Source: Ginglymostoma cirratum (lineage: Eukaryota). Taken from it: a stretch of 64,000 nt of DNA. The stretch spans positions 16,283,451 to 16,347,450 of the forward strand of contig JAHRHZ010000283.1 in assembly GCA_024137785.1 (NCBI GenBank). Reading direction: 5' to 3'. This document shows, piece by piece, positions 41,195 through 53,784 of this stretch. Position numbers and translations under genes: made by a program. Position 1 is the first letter of the stretch. Each line of letters begins with the position of its first letter. A model generated the notes under the pieces. That model made no database searches. It saw only the letters and a list, made by a program, of their open reading frames with translations, and was not told the origin of the DNA.

Positions 41195-41590
41195 GATCAG
41201 AAGCAACTTTCACAACCACACAGCATCCCAAAGCACTTATTAGCCAATCAAGTATTTTTCAAGTGTAGTCATTTTTATGATGTATGAGACATGGCAGCTT
41301 ATTAGTAGACAAGTTCACATAAACATGTCAATCAACAGATAACCTGTGTGTCATAATGCTGATAAGAGGGATAAATATTAGCCAGTCCACTATGCTTAAG
41401 ACTCATCTGTACTTCAAAACAGTGCCACATGCACCTGCAGGTGCTTTGGGAACATTCAAGTGAGACACATCAGGTCTGACAGTACACCACTCCCTAAATA
41501 CTATACTGGAGCGTCAGCTTTGATTTTTATGTTTCAAGTTCTGAAAGTTTTGACGCAAGTGGCAAGAATGGTACTAAGTGAGCTACAGTT
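41195..41590 (-). mobile_element. Deu-domain SINE-like relic (SacSINE1/AmnSINE1 type)
   Basis: tRNA-like head at the right end; central ...ctccagtatagtatttagggagtggtgtactgtcag...ggcactgttttgaag...aatatttatccc... block; L2-like tail (aagtgctttgggatg). Recognised from memory, not aligned. Confidence 0.6.
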
Positions 41591-42489
41591 ACCAATGGCA
41601 GCACCAGAAAACTCCACAAGTTAACAGACAACTGTTCTGAGAACTCTGATACACCTCAGAACAAGAGGTGAATCACCAACAGCAGTCTTGATGTGTCACA
41701 GAGAAACCGAGGTGCAGTGTCAGTTGAAATTTGAACCATCCTTATTGATATGTCCAAGGGTCAGGGCCAAGGCAGATCTAACCTTGTTTAGAATTCTGCT
41801 CCCCCCACCAAGCCAAAAATCAGCATTTGAGAAGAACACAAAAATCACTACACTAACCTTGCATCTAAATAATTAAATATACACTATTTCTACATCTTAC
41901 TGACAAGATCAGTTAACCATTTGTCCATCAGAAAGAAAATATAAATTTAGATAATCAATGAGGTAACCTTTTAGATACTATAAAATAGAAAATAATCTCA
42001 TGCAATAACTTGAAACAGTTTGTTTGAAAGAGTAAGTTTTAAAACCATCTATCCACTGATGCTGCCTGGCCTACTGTGTTCCTCCAGCTCCACACTGTTA
42101 TTTCCGATCACGTCTGTTTATTTCAGGCTAGCCTTCATGTAAGACTGTCACAGATTTAAAATTTAGAACATGCTCAAAAATAGTTAAGGTAGTCTTTTTT
42201 ACCCCCCATTATCAGGCCTTTCCAAAGATTGTCAGACCACTGAATTCAAATATCCTACAAATCCTAAATGCAGGGTCTCTCATCTAAGGCTTCAGTTTCA
42301 GTTTAGAAAGCTTCAAACTGCACAGAGAAAGATTAATAAAATCCTTCAGCAGTCCTACCTTTGAAAGTGATTGGTCTTATTACCAATTTAACACAATTTT
42401 TTTTATTGGTTTTAAAATTGTACTATGCATTTTTGGAAAAGCAATTAAATGAACTGCACCATCACAGTGAGCCAAAGTCCGGGAGACAT

Positions 42490-42585
42490 TTTCTGAAGAA
42501 GGGTCTAGGCCCGAAACGTCAGCTTTCCTGCTCCTCTGATGCTGCTTGGCCTGCTGTGTTCATCCAGCTCTACAGCTTGTTATCT
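42490..42585 (+). mobile_element. Single-arm hammerhead-core element (copy 3)
   Basis: CTGAAGA-A-GGG-TCTAGG-CCC-GAAAC-GTC at 42493-42520 followed by the family arm ending ttgttatct; no clear TSD. Confidence 0.8.
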
Positions 42586-42702
42586 AAGGGACACTACCCA
42601 CATTAGAGAGATAAATTTTGCTCAAACCTGAGACAAATTCCAGACTAGAAATCAAAACACAAGTGAACTTAAACAAATAAACTCAATATAGTAGAATCTT
42701 AC

Positions 42703-42826
42703 CTTGCTGCTCAAGCAGAGTATTCTGTCGCTTCAGGTCATCGATGTCCTGCTGATGTGTGTGATTTTTCCGCCTCATGTACTGAATATACTCTGTGGCT
42801 TTATCTAAGATTTGGGCACGGGATGC
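42703..42826 (-). CDS. MAX: MAX exon 4, 124 nt (helix 2 and leucine zipper)
   Basis: caatag acceptor, gtaaga donor; [41 protein letters not shown](V). Confidence 0.98.
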
Positions 42827-44260
42827 CTATTGAAACAAGTTTCAAGAAAGATCTACTTAGTTATTGAACTATTCTGCGTGCCATCAAATTTCAAATTCAA
42901 TTCTTTATTGTATCAAAGAGCAAAACGTGTCGAGTCGTTAGCAGGACAATTACCAAACTAAATATTTATTGCTCAACAGAACCATGCACAGTGTAGATTT
43001 TTAATCAACATGAGCTTAAACAGATGAAATCAAACCTCAGAGGTATTCAGTGAATAACTGGATCAGGGAGTGTTAGAACAATTCATGTTCTACGTCAATC
43101 TACTATTTAATTTGAATTGGGGAGGGATGAGTAGTGGCAGGCCAATGCAGTTGGCTTAACTGTGTTAAGAAAAAAGCGATTTGGTTCCCTGGTCCAGGCC
43201 TAACAGCTAATGACATAAGGTTGATACGATGACAACATAATGAGGTATTGCAAAAGTAGCTGGCACATAAACCTGGATCTCAAAAAGATCAGAAGTCTTC
43301 AAATTAGGAAGGTCAGGAGGAGAAAGAAAAAACCCATCTGAAGTATTTTATAAGAGACATTGTGCTGGCATTCCGTTACGTACAGTTATCTTGCACTATA
43401 GATATATACTGGACTAGTCAAGAATTCTCTGAAAATAACAATGTTTGCTTGATAATAAACAGTTGTGAAATTATTTTCAATGCAGCAATCTCAATGACAC
43501 ACATGATAATGCCCTGATGAATAACTGCTGAAGACAACTGCTTTTATGCTAATCTAGACTTGAATATCTTGTATGTTATTATAAAACATCCATATCTTAA
43601 ACAAATAACTATGCTGCTGGCTCTAACTGTGAAATAACTTGCTGGATTACTGAGACTGGTTGCAGAATATTGCCTTCCTTCATCGTTGTTCTGATGGTTC
43701 TGACAAATAGTGAAATTGGATTTAATAAATAGAATTTTAAAACATCAGAGCAGTCAGTCAGGAACATCAACAAGTGTGACTGAAGAGAATATGACGACAT
43801 TTCCACAATCATTACTGTTTCCTCTTTAGTCTGTTTTAAAAGCACTCAATTTTTTTTTAAAAAAACCCATCATGTACTGTTAAGTTTTTATAATGAAGAC
43901 ATTTCACAATTAGAATCTTTATTCTGCTATGAAATAGCTGGATTTCAGTTAAAATTCATGTTGTATGAATATGTCAACACAAAAAGGATTGAACTAAGCA
44001 ATCATCACAGAATTAAAAACAACAACTATCAAAAATAGGTTATCAAGATAGTCTTCCATCAAAAATATCATGATTCTTTAATGAAAGAATCACACCTGCC
44101 ATCAACCAACAGTGACTTCTGCTACAAAAAGCAGAAAGAAAATCATGTCTACAAATAAGGCAAAAATGCAGCACTTCCCAAAACTTGATTTTTCACGAGT
44201 CTTCAAATACAACCAGTCTGAAAAACCAGTCCACAATAATACCTGGCCCTGACAAACAGA

Positions 44261-45008
44261 TTTGGTGATGCAAACCAGGGCAAGACTTATACAGTTAATG
44301 GTAGGACCCTGGGGAGTATTGCCAAACAAAGAGACCCAAGGATGCAGGTGCACAGTACCTTGAAAGTGGAGCCACAGGTAGATAGGGTGTTGAAGGCAGC
44401 GTTTGGCATGCTTGCCTTCATTGGTCAGGACATTAAGTATAGGAGTTGGGATATCATGTTGTGACTGTACAAGACATTGGTGAAGCTACTTCTGTCACCC
44501 TGCTATAGAAAGATGCTGTTAAACTTGCGAGGGTGCAGAAAAGATTTACAAGGATGCTGCTGGGACTGGAGAGTTTGAGCCAAAGGGAGAGACTGAACAG
44601 GCTGGGGGTTTTTCCCTGCAGCATCAGTGGCTGAAGGCTGATCTGATAGAAGTTAATAAAATAATAATGGGCATTGATCGGGTGAATAGCTAAAGTCTGT
44701 TTTGAAGGGTGAGGGAGTCCAAAACTAGAGGGCATAGGTTTAAGGTGAGATGGGAAAGATTTAAAAAGGACCTGAGGGGTAACTTTTTCACACAGAGGGT
44801 AGAGAGTGTATAGAACGAGCTACCAGATGAAGTGGAGGTGGTGGGTACAACTATAACATCCTAAAATGTATCTGGATAGGTATACGAATAGGAATGCTTT
44901 AGATGGATATGGGCCAAATACTGGCAAATGGCACTAAGTCAGATTGGGATGTCTGATCGGCACAGACAATTTGGACTGAAAGGCCTGTTCCATGCTGTAT
45001 GACTCTAA
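44261..45008 (+). mobile_element. CR1 LINE 3' fragment
   Basis: Degenerate FG..NQGKTYTVNG..., DAVKLARVQKRFTRMLLGLE..., FFTQRV motifs; CR1 tail ctgtatgactcta. Confidence 0.9.
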
Positions 45009-45606
45009 GAAACATCTCATTTTGAATTCTGGTAGAGGTTTCTTCACTCTTGTAACCAGACAACATGAAAAGGTATTTCCCTTGGAAAATATTCCCCCCT
45101 CCAATCCCAATCCCTTCCATGTTTCATGTTAGTCGTAGTCTAAGTTTTGCACTTGAGGTAACATAACCGTACAGAACAATTGAATCATGAAAAAAGTCTA
45201 GTCTGCGATTAATACCTCATTTTGTGTTTTGGGCCAGCTTAAGTCAATCCATCTGGGATAACGAGGCAGGTAATTACTGTAAGCAGTCTTTCCGCATTCC
45301 TTGCAGAAGTGTACCCATACTAATTGTGAAAAACGTCCTCATACAATAGTTAATATTTCTAACTTGGTTAACAGTTATCAGAGAATTTGCCCCACAAAAT
45401 TTTCAATGGAACACGATTTCTATATTTCATTCTACAATAATAACAAAGTTTTGCACAACTTATGTTAACCGGGATTTAGTTATCAACTTTTGATTGAATA
45501 CAGTACATTACCCATATTCAAGAAGTGCAAAAGAAATACCCTGCCACCTGAATCAATATTTTGATGTGTAAGGGCTGATGTACACTTGTTAAATTTTCAT
45601 GGATAT

Positions 45607-45939
45607 GAATCATAGAATCGACAGTGTTGAAAAAGGCCATCTGGCCCATTGAGTCTGCACCAACCATCCGGAAAGCATCGTACTTTAACCTCATTGCTAT
45701 AACACATATGATGGCTAATGGACCTAGCATGGGCATCAATACTACAGTTCAATTTTGCATGGCCAATCCATCTAACTTGCACATCTTTGGACTGTGGGAG
45801 AAAAACGGAGCACCTGGAGGAAACCCACGCAAACTCGTGCAGAACGTGTAGATGCCACACGGTCACCCAACTCTACAATCAAACCCGGGTCCCTGGTGCT
45901 GTGAAGAATCAGTGCCAACCACTGAGCCACCATGTTGCC
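45607..45939 (-). mobile_element. HE1-like V-SINE (tRNA head, V domain, CR1-derived tail)
   Basis: tggctcagtggtt A-box; gggacccgggtttgatt B-box; V-domain gcgtgggtttcctccaggtgctccg...ctcccacagtccaaagatgtgc; tail gattctatgattc. Confidence 0.85.
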
Positions 45940-46899
45940 TATGAATGGTTGAAGTGATTTTGTCGAAACAAAGTCAATTACAGCAATTCAAACAAATCTC
46001 AATTTCTTTCCTCAATAAATGGGATCAGTATGATAAATCATGTACCCTGTCCTTTGTCTGGGCAATGTTTTTGGTATTCCCTTTCTACAAAGTTACTTCC
46101 AAACACATGAAACTGACCATCTAAATTTTTGCTCTCAGTTCCAGATCATAGGCCTACTCCTGACTGTCTCTTTAATCTGTTAGACAGGAACAGGAAATGT
46201 CCTTTTAAATCTATTCCACAATACAACTGGATGTTCTGCAACTTAAAAAAAAAAAATCAATCCACCTGCCTTGCTGTATAACCTCAAAATCTCCTAATAG
46301 CAGAGTGATTGGTCACAGTTTCTTGACTTATATTTGTTCCTCCATCCGAACTGATTAGCTGACATTGTAAAAACTAGTTCTAAAGAGCAGTCATGCTGGA
46401 CTTGAAACGTTAAGTGTTTTTATCTCCATTGATGTTGCCAAACCCAAATTTCTCTAGCACAACCTGCGCTTGTTTTAGATTTCCAGCATCTACAGTATTT
46501 TGTTTTTACTGTTAAATCCAAATTTAATTTCTGAATTTGTACTAAGTACTTGTATAATACAAAGTTTCAAACGTATTTTGCAAACCCTTCACATTGAAAT
46601 TGAGACAAAGGAACAGTGGAACTGGGGTCATTCATTCAGCCAATCAAGTCCGTTCTGACATTCAATTAGAACACTGTTGATCTCTCTTTTAATGCTTTGC
46701 TTCGATATTCCTCAATACCTGAACAAAAATTAAATTTTAAATTTAAAAAATTTTAAAAAGTTAAATTTCAAACATTTCAACTGACCATAATTAATTGCTG
46801 AATCAAGACCCAACAGGACTTGGATCCAGTTAGCACAACAGCAACCTGAGCTTTAGGTGACAAGTTTATAAACGTAAATAAGGGAGACCAGGATAGTCG

Positions 46900-47190
46900 T
46901 GGAATAAGTCAGCTCCAGAGGTACAGATGTGAGTTTTTAAAACAGTAACTGCACAAAGCTAGAGGTGGAAATAAGCAGTCTTAAAAGCATAAATATTTAA
47001 TCAGCAGCTAAGCTCAGGGTGAAACGTGATGTCAAGGTTGTGAATATTCTGATTCAACCTCCTGCATGTTCCACAGTCAGGGATAGAATTGCTGGACAGG
47101 AAACAGTTTGGAGAGGGGACTGAGAATAATAGCTTTGCCATTCTCACTGCTTAGTTGGGAAGAAATTTCAGCTCATTCAGTACTTATTGG
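46900..47190 (-). mobile_element. L2-like fragment
   Basis: Similar to the L2 segment at ~9060-9260. Confidence 0.45.
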
Positions 47191-47249
47191 AAATGTTTTC
47201 CCATCACCCTTCGAAGAAGTGGTTACTGCTGGCATCCTCCTGAACTGCC

Positions 47250-48860
47250 TGACACGACTGAATGGCACATTCTAGACTTTCAGGAGGAAACTATTTCTCT
47301 CAAACTACCTTTATAAATCTTCTGATCATCTTAGTATCTCAATGAGAAATTATACCTTCATCTATATTTAAGGGAAATACAGGCTTAATCATGGCAGCCC
47401 AATCTCACTTTAATGTTTAGCTACAGCATTATCCCAATCCTTGCTGCACTGCCTACCCCTCAAGCTAATCGAGTTTAATATCTTTCTTGAGATGTGGTGC
47501 CCAGAGTGGATGGTACTTTCAGATTGCTCTGCACTGCTGCAACAACTTCTAATAATTTGTATTCTAGTCCCCTTGAGTTAAGAGCTAACATTTCATAAGC
47601 ATTTTTAATTCTTTGAGATTTCTGTACTTGGACCCCAAAATTTCTAAGCTTTCTGCAATTTAGAAAACATGATGAATTATCTTTATTTTTTGAAATGCCA
47701 AATTGGATGCTCTCTACAGTGCAGAAGGAAGCCAGTTGGCCCATCATGTCTAACACATGCTCTTCAAATGAGTCCCACGACTTAGTGTAAATCTCCTGCC
47801 TTTTCACCAGACCGTTGCACATTATTTCTATTTAAATAATAATTCAATGCCCTCTTGAATCACTCAACTGAATCTGCCTCCACCACAGTTTCACACTGTA
47901 CATTCCAGAAAAGATTTTCACACTTTTTATTGCACACAATTTTAAAACCACACCCTCTCATTTGTGATCCTTTTACAAGCAAGAACACCTTCTCCCTATC
48001 TACTTTATCCAGCCTTCTAAAAACCTTGAAGATTTCTATCAGATCTCCTCTTAGTCTTTGCCTCTCCAAAAACAGTCCTAACCTCAATCTATCCTCACAA
48101 CTTAAGTTTTGCATCCTTGGAACAATTCTTGTACGTCTCTTTTGCACTCTCCCCAATATATTCAATTCTTCCCATAATACAGCAACCAGAATTGGACATA
48201 AATTCCAGCTGAAGTCTTAGTAAGTTCTGCATAACCTCCTTACTTTTGTACTCTGCTCCTGATAACAAAACATTGGCTATGTTTGCTTCTTTGTCCAAAT
48301 CATTTATACAGTGAAAAGCCAAGCAATATCACAGATCTCTCAGCACTTAACCCCTCAAGGTCCCCTTGGAATTTTACATTATTCAAACAAGATCACTTCT
48401 CATTCTTCTAAACTACAGAGTGCTCAACCAGTTCTCAAGACAATCCCTAGGTCTCAGGAATCAGTGTAGTCAACATATGCTCAACTGCTTCTAGTGCAAT
48501 CATATCAGTGCAGAGTACTGGAGGTATGATCAGACCAATGCCCTGTACAGTTGTTCTAAGATTCCCTTCAAAGTATATTGCATTCCACCTACAACAAAAG
48601 CCTGTATTCCATGAGCCTTAATTGCTGACTACACAGTGTACTTTTACATGAGTCATAAGTTAGTTGACAAAGAGGTCTGCTGCAGTATTCTGTAGTTTCT
48701 CTCCATTTGCAGGTCACATCCGACCAATGTGACAAATCTCAAAATTTCCCCACATTATACCTTATCTGTCAATTTATTTGCCCACTCATTAACTCAGCTA
48801 CATCCCTTTGCAGTCTCCGTTTCATCCTCACAGCCTGTTTTCCTTTCTATCCTCTTCCAT
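47250..48860 (-). mobile_element. Nested CR1 fragments
   Basis: ORF 47860-48165 (RVQKRRTRIVPRMQNLSCEDRL.LGLF.ERQRLRGDLIEIFK) plus older CR1 remnants on either side. Confidence 0.85.
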
Positions 48861-50578
48861 CACACCCCTTGAATTTCAAGCATTTCTACCTCTGGGATAG
48901 CAATGAGAGAAGAAAGACCAGATGCTGACTTTCTACAAAAGTAAAATACTGGATAAGCTGGAAATTGGAAGTTAAAAAAGTGTTAAAATACTTTGCAGGG
49001 GGTAGCATGTCAGAGAGAAACAAACTTGACAAACATGACCTTTTGCGAATTCAACAGGCACTTCACTTTTAAACTTGACACTCAAGAGCCTTCTGGACTC
49101 AAGGTGGAGTGCAACAACTTCAGACCATAATCTCTTTAGACATCTTGTTTATTTTTGTGGTGTATTTTTCATTCTTTATTCCTTCACTTTGCATCTGGAT
49201 GATTACTGTGCAGCCATCTACACATTCTGCCGACACAGCTTTTGATCCTTACCCTGTCCTATTACCATAACTTTTATAGCTTTTGTTGCATGAAACATCG
49301 TCAATTGATCTTTCCTGCCCTCTACGATATTAGACCTACCCTTCAACTGTTCTTCCCCTCTTCAGTTGCTGAAACCCTATATACAAGTCCCTTCAAAAAG
49401 GAAAAATCACATTGGTGCTGTTGAAAATGCACAGGGCCTATTAAACCCCAATGAAACACCTTGGTTTATATTACTGAACTAAGACATTACAAAAATTTAG
49501 GTCAAGAGGGTGATACTTCTGTGAATGCATAAATGAATCCACAGTCTCAATTATATTCCATAGGCTGGCCTCAGTCCTTCAATTTTATCCCTTAGTATCT
49601 ACAGCTCCTATTTCAAAAGACTGAGTGAATGCTACTCGAAATATTTTGATACAACTTCAAATATCAAAATTCTTTCCAAGAAAGACCAAATGAGATAAAA
49701 GGAGATGGACTGAATCGTGACATGGAGCACTAAGATCAAGCTGCTTAAAAGAAATATACCACTAAACATTCACAGACAGATTCCATTTTGAGTATTATAC
49801 CTGACTGACGTCACTTGCTATTCAATGTCTCTTACCTTGACTTTACCCATTGATCCACAAAGTGGAGTTTCATTTGATAGACTGAGCTAGATATGCTTAT
49901 TACATCACCACCAACTCCACAAGAAAATGTTGTTTTCTGAATATACCAATGGCTGTAGTATTTTGGTTCCAATTCACATGAGAAACTTTACTCGCTTATT
50001 TGCTAAGGTTCGTAGCTCTTCATAACTTAAACCCCATTCATCCATACTTTCATCCCTATCAATTCGATCCCTTGAAATCAGGAGTTCTTTTGCAATGAAA
50101 ACTGATAACAATATAGCCCACTTCAGGGCAGGATAATAAATTAGTTCAAACAGGTTAAAGAACTTTGCTATTTCAGTAATCTGACAGATTATCAAACAAA
50201 GGTAACAATTTTTTAATAGATGGTACTCTACAAATGCTAGGTACCAAATCTTCTCTCTGGCATGTCAAAATTACAATGGTTCTCTCAAATTAATCAATCA
50301 CTGTAATGACATTCAAATTATTTAGCTACATGTATTTACTTTCAAAAGAAAGGTACTCATGACATGGAGCCCAAGAGTTAGTCACAATTACACGATCTGC
50401 CAGCAACATCAGCAATTTGTGATCGGCTATCATTACCGATGTTTTGTCTCCTTAGACCAACAATCTTAAAGAAACAGGTCATTGAGCAGCTAAATAATCA
50501 CAAAAATGCTTCAGACTCCAGCGAGCCATGAACAATGGTTGATCTGCTTGCATTGTTATAAACATTACAATAGTCTAA

Positions 50579-52009
50579 GGTTTTGGCAAAGATCCATAGC
50601 TTGGGTTGTGGGTGAGGTTGTTGACTTGCTCACCGAGCTGGCTTGTTCTCGTTTCAACATTTCGTCACTATGCTAGGTGACATCATCAGCGGAGCCTCTG
50701 ATGAAGCGATGTTATTCTACTCTGCTTGGAATTTATACTCCCCGTTATGGTGAGTAGTGTCTTTTCTGGTTTTGATCTATATGGGTTTGTATATGGGGTC
50801 CAATTCTACATGCATGTTGATAGCATTACGGGTGGAGAACCGTGCCTGTAGGAATTCCCGTGCATGTCTACATTTGGCTTAGGCTACTACCTTATGCCAG
50901 TTGAACTAATGGCCTTCATTTTCTGAGTGTACTGATATTAGGGAGAGTTCGTCATGTCGTTTTGCTGCTAGTTGATGTTCATGTATTCTGATGGCTAGTC
51001 TCTGATCCTGTGGATCCGGTACATAGATGACAGATTTGTCATTTTTAAACGCAACAACTTAGAAGAAACCCACCAGTTCATCAACAGCACATTCACAGGG
51101 ATTAAATTCACAAGGGAAGTAGAAAACAACAATCAACTTCTGTCTTTGGATGTTAAAGTTGAGCGTATGACCAACCGGGAGTTTCAAACCTCAATATACA
51201 GAAAAGCAACCCACACTGATCAAATCCTCAACTTCCACAGCAACCACCCAAATGTCCACAACAAAGCTGCATTAGGACACTATTTAAAATGGGCGAGGAC
51301 ACAAGACAACACTCCAGAACTGCGCAGGAAAGAGCAAGAGCATCTATACAAAATCCTCGCTCTGAACAGATATCCCTGCAACTTCATCCACAGCTGCCTA
51401 CAAAACAGACAGCAGGAGGGCACAGTATGCCCTAACACACTGCCCTATATCATAAACATATCGGAACTGACAACAAGACTCCTAAGGTCACTAGGAATCA
51501 TGGTAACCCACAAGCAGACAGCCACTCACAAGGATTACAGACCCCATTCCCACAACAGGCAGAACCAACATGGTTTACAAAATACCATGCAACAACTGCC
51601 ACAAACATTACATCGGACAGACAGGAAGGAAACTAGCCATCAGAATACATGAATATCAACTAGCAGCAAAACAGCATGACAAACTCTCCTTAATATCGGT
51701 ACACTCAGAAAATGAAGGCGACCAGTTTAACCGGCACAAGGTAACCATAGTAGCCTAAGCCAAACCCAGACATGCTCGGGAATTCCTACAGGCATGGTTC
51801 TCCACCTGTAATGCAATCAACATTTAGAATTGGACCCAATATACAAACCCAGAAATGACACTCACCATAACAGACTTGACAGTATAAATTCCAAGCAGAG
51901 TAGAATAACAACACTTCATCAGAGGCTCCACTGATGATGTCCCCCAGCATGGCGATGAAACGTCTGAACGAGAACAAGCCAGCTCAGCACGAAAGTCAAC
52001 AACCTCACG
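50579..52009 (+). mobile_element. Penelope-like retroelement (5'-truncated, inverted-pLTR configuration)
   Basis: RT remnant (RYIDD.F at ~51018; TSIYRKATHTDQILNFHSNHP) and GIY-YIG endonuclease (VYKIPCNNCHKHYIGQTGRKLAIRIHE); ~380-bp inverted repeats 50612-50999 / 51632-52008; 12/14 TSD ttacaatagtctaa / ttataacagtctaa; frameshifted. Confidence 0.92.
51931..51964 (+). ncRNA. Minimal hammerhead ribozyme motif in the Penelope pLTR (inverted copy at 50656-50689)
   Basis: CTGATGA-T-stem II-GAAAC-GTC; the inverted copy keeps a perfect GTCAC/GTGAC stem II but reads GAAATGTT. Confidence 0.7.
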
Positions 52010-53676
52010 TTATAACAGTCTAACATAACACAAATTACTTCTACGTCAAAAGAAAGTATGTGTAAGTATTCAGCTATCTGAAAGAATTGGAGGCCGTCAA
52101 CTCATTACTAACAAAGACAACTCTGGTATTAATTCAGGTGGGACTATTGGACAATAGAGGTGATGACAGAATAATTCATTGGGAAGCACTCATTCCTCCT
52201 TACCCAGTAAGATCTAGCCATTTTCACCTTCCTTGACCTGCACGTTTCCTAAAGCTCGGAAGTTGTGGCCAACAATAGAAACCTTGTAAAAATAATCCAA
52301 AGCTTCCTTAAAAAGATAACAACTGACCTCATAAGAGTAGCTTGATCACCTACACTCACCCATATTGGTTAAAACCTAACATTGATGAGTTCAAGCCCTG
52401 ATTCAGACTTTTAGCTTTTTAAGCCACACAAGAACCATCCCCATATTCTGGGGCTAAAATTACACCCCCTTCTTCGTTAAAAAGCTCACCATCTGTCAAC
52501 AGTAGGTCTCTTCTTTGCTAAAGGTTTGAAACATTAACAAATGCAAGGTATTCTACAATAAAGCATGCAAGAAAAGGCTCAAACGTTTGTTGCTTGTACA
52601 GAAAGCTTAACATATTTCTGAATTGAAATGCTGGGAATTTTGCTTAGCTATTATTTGTTACTCAATAATTACATCTGGTGCCTAAATAACCTGCAAATAC
52701 ACCTCCGATGAATTCCTGTATGAGAAAGCAATTACATGACCTGACCAAAAAAAAAATCACTCCAGACTGTACGAAGATTAAATAAATGTAAAGAATTAAC
52801 ATATGATATACTTATTACACATATTTCCAGTCCACTTTAATACTTGAAAGTAGTTTGAGATTTGTCTTGCTCATTTCACGTAGTTTAAAAAATACGCAGG
52901 ATAAGAAATGGATATTTGCCTCATGCCTTCACCCTATCCCAACGCTGTTTTCTTTAACACTGAAGTTAACCAGCTCTTTTGATCACGTTTAACTTCGACA
53001 ATCCGCGATGAAAGTTAGATGGAGTTCACAAAAAGTTTCAAGCAAACGCCTTGCTAAGATTCCATGCAGAAGATTCCCGGTTTCAATCTTCAACAAAGCC
53101 CATGGACGTGTGTGTGGATCAAGGCAGAGTTGGATAACTTTCAGATAAATGGGAAATTAAAAAGAAGAAGTTTACAATAGCTCACCCACTACAGACTACG
53201 GAACACCTGAGAACTCAAAGCCTGATTGACAAATACAGAGGAGGTACATGATGTACTTTGCCACCCTTGACACAATTATCTGTCTTAACAACCTGAAAGT
53301 AAAATTACTATTGTTCTGCATTTAAATCAGCCATAAGACAGATACCAGTTTCAGAGATTTTACAAAAATAACAATTATTTTAAGCACTTAAGTGACAGAT
53401 GTAAGCATGGTAATATATTCTTATGTAGTACCACAAATGTATACACTGAAGCAATTCCTAAGGAAATGGTTAAAGAATTGGAGCAACAGTTAGAAAAAAA
53501 AGCATAGAAAACCGAATGGACAATTTTCTCTCAAATTTGCGGCACATCAATTCAAAATAAAAACTTCAAACATTTCCCAACTGTGTTTTCCACATGCATC
53601 TAACAAAAGTTTTACTAAATGTCAAAATACAAACAAAATTTAGTAAAAAGCTGTGGAACTTAACAAGAACACCAAC

Positions 53677-53784
53677 CTTTTCACCCTGGAGTGATGGTAC
53701 AGAGTCACGTAAACTATGAAAGCTGTCTTTGATGTGATCCCTGCGTTTGCGCTCCAATGCGTTGTGGTGTGCTCTTTTATCTGC
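53677..53784 (-). CDS. MAX: MAX exon 3, 108 nt (basic region and helix 1)
   Basis: ttttcag acceptor, gttggt donor; [36 protein letters not shown]. Confidence 0.99.

Noticed and set aside
53186-53292. AG/GT-bounded 107-nt stop-containing block in MAX intron 3
   Set aside because: Such pseudo-exons are common in AT-rich introns; no other support.
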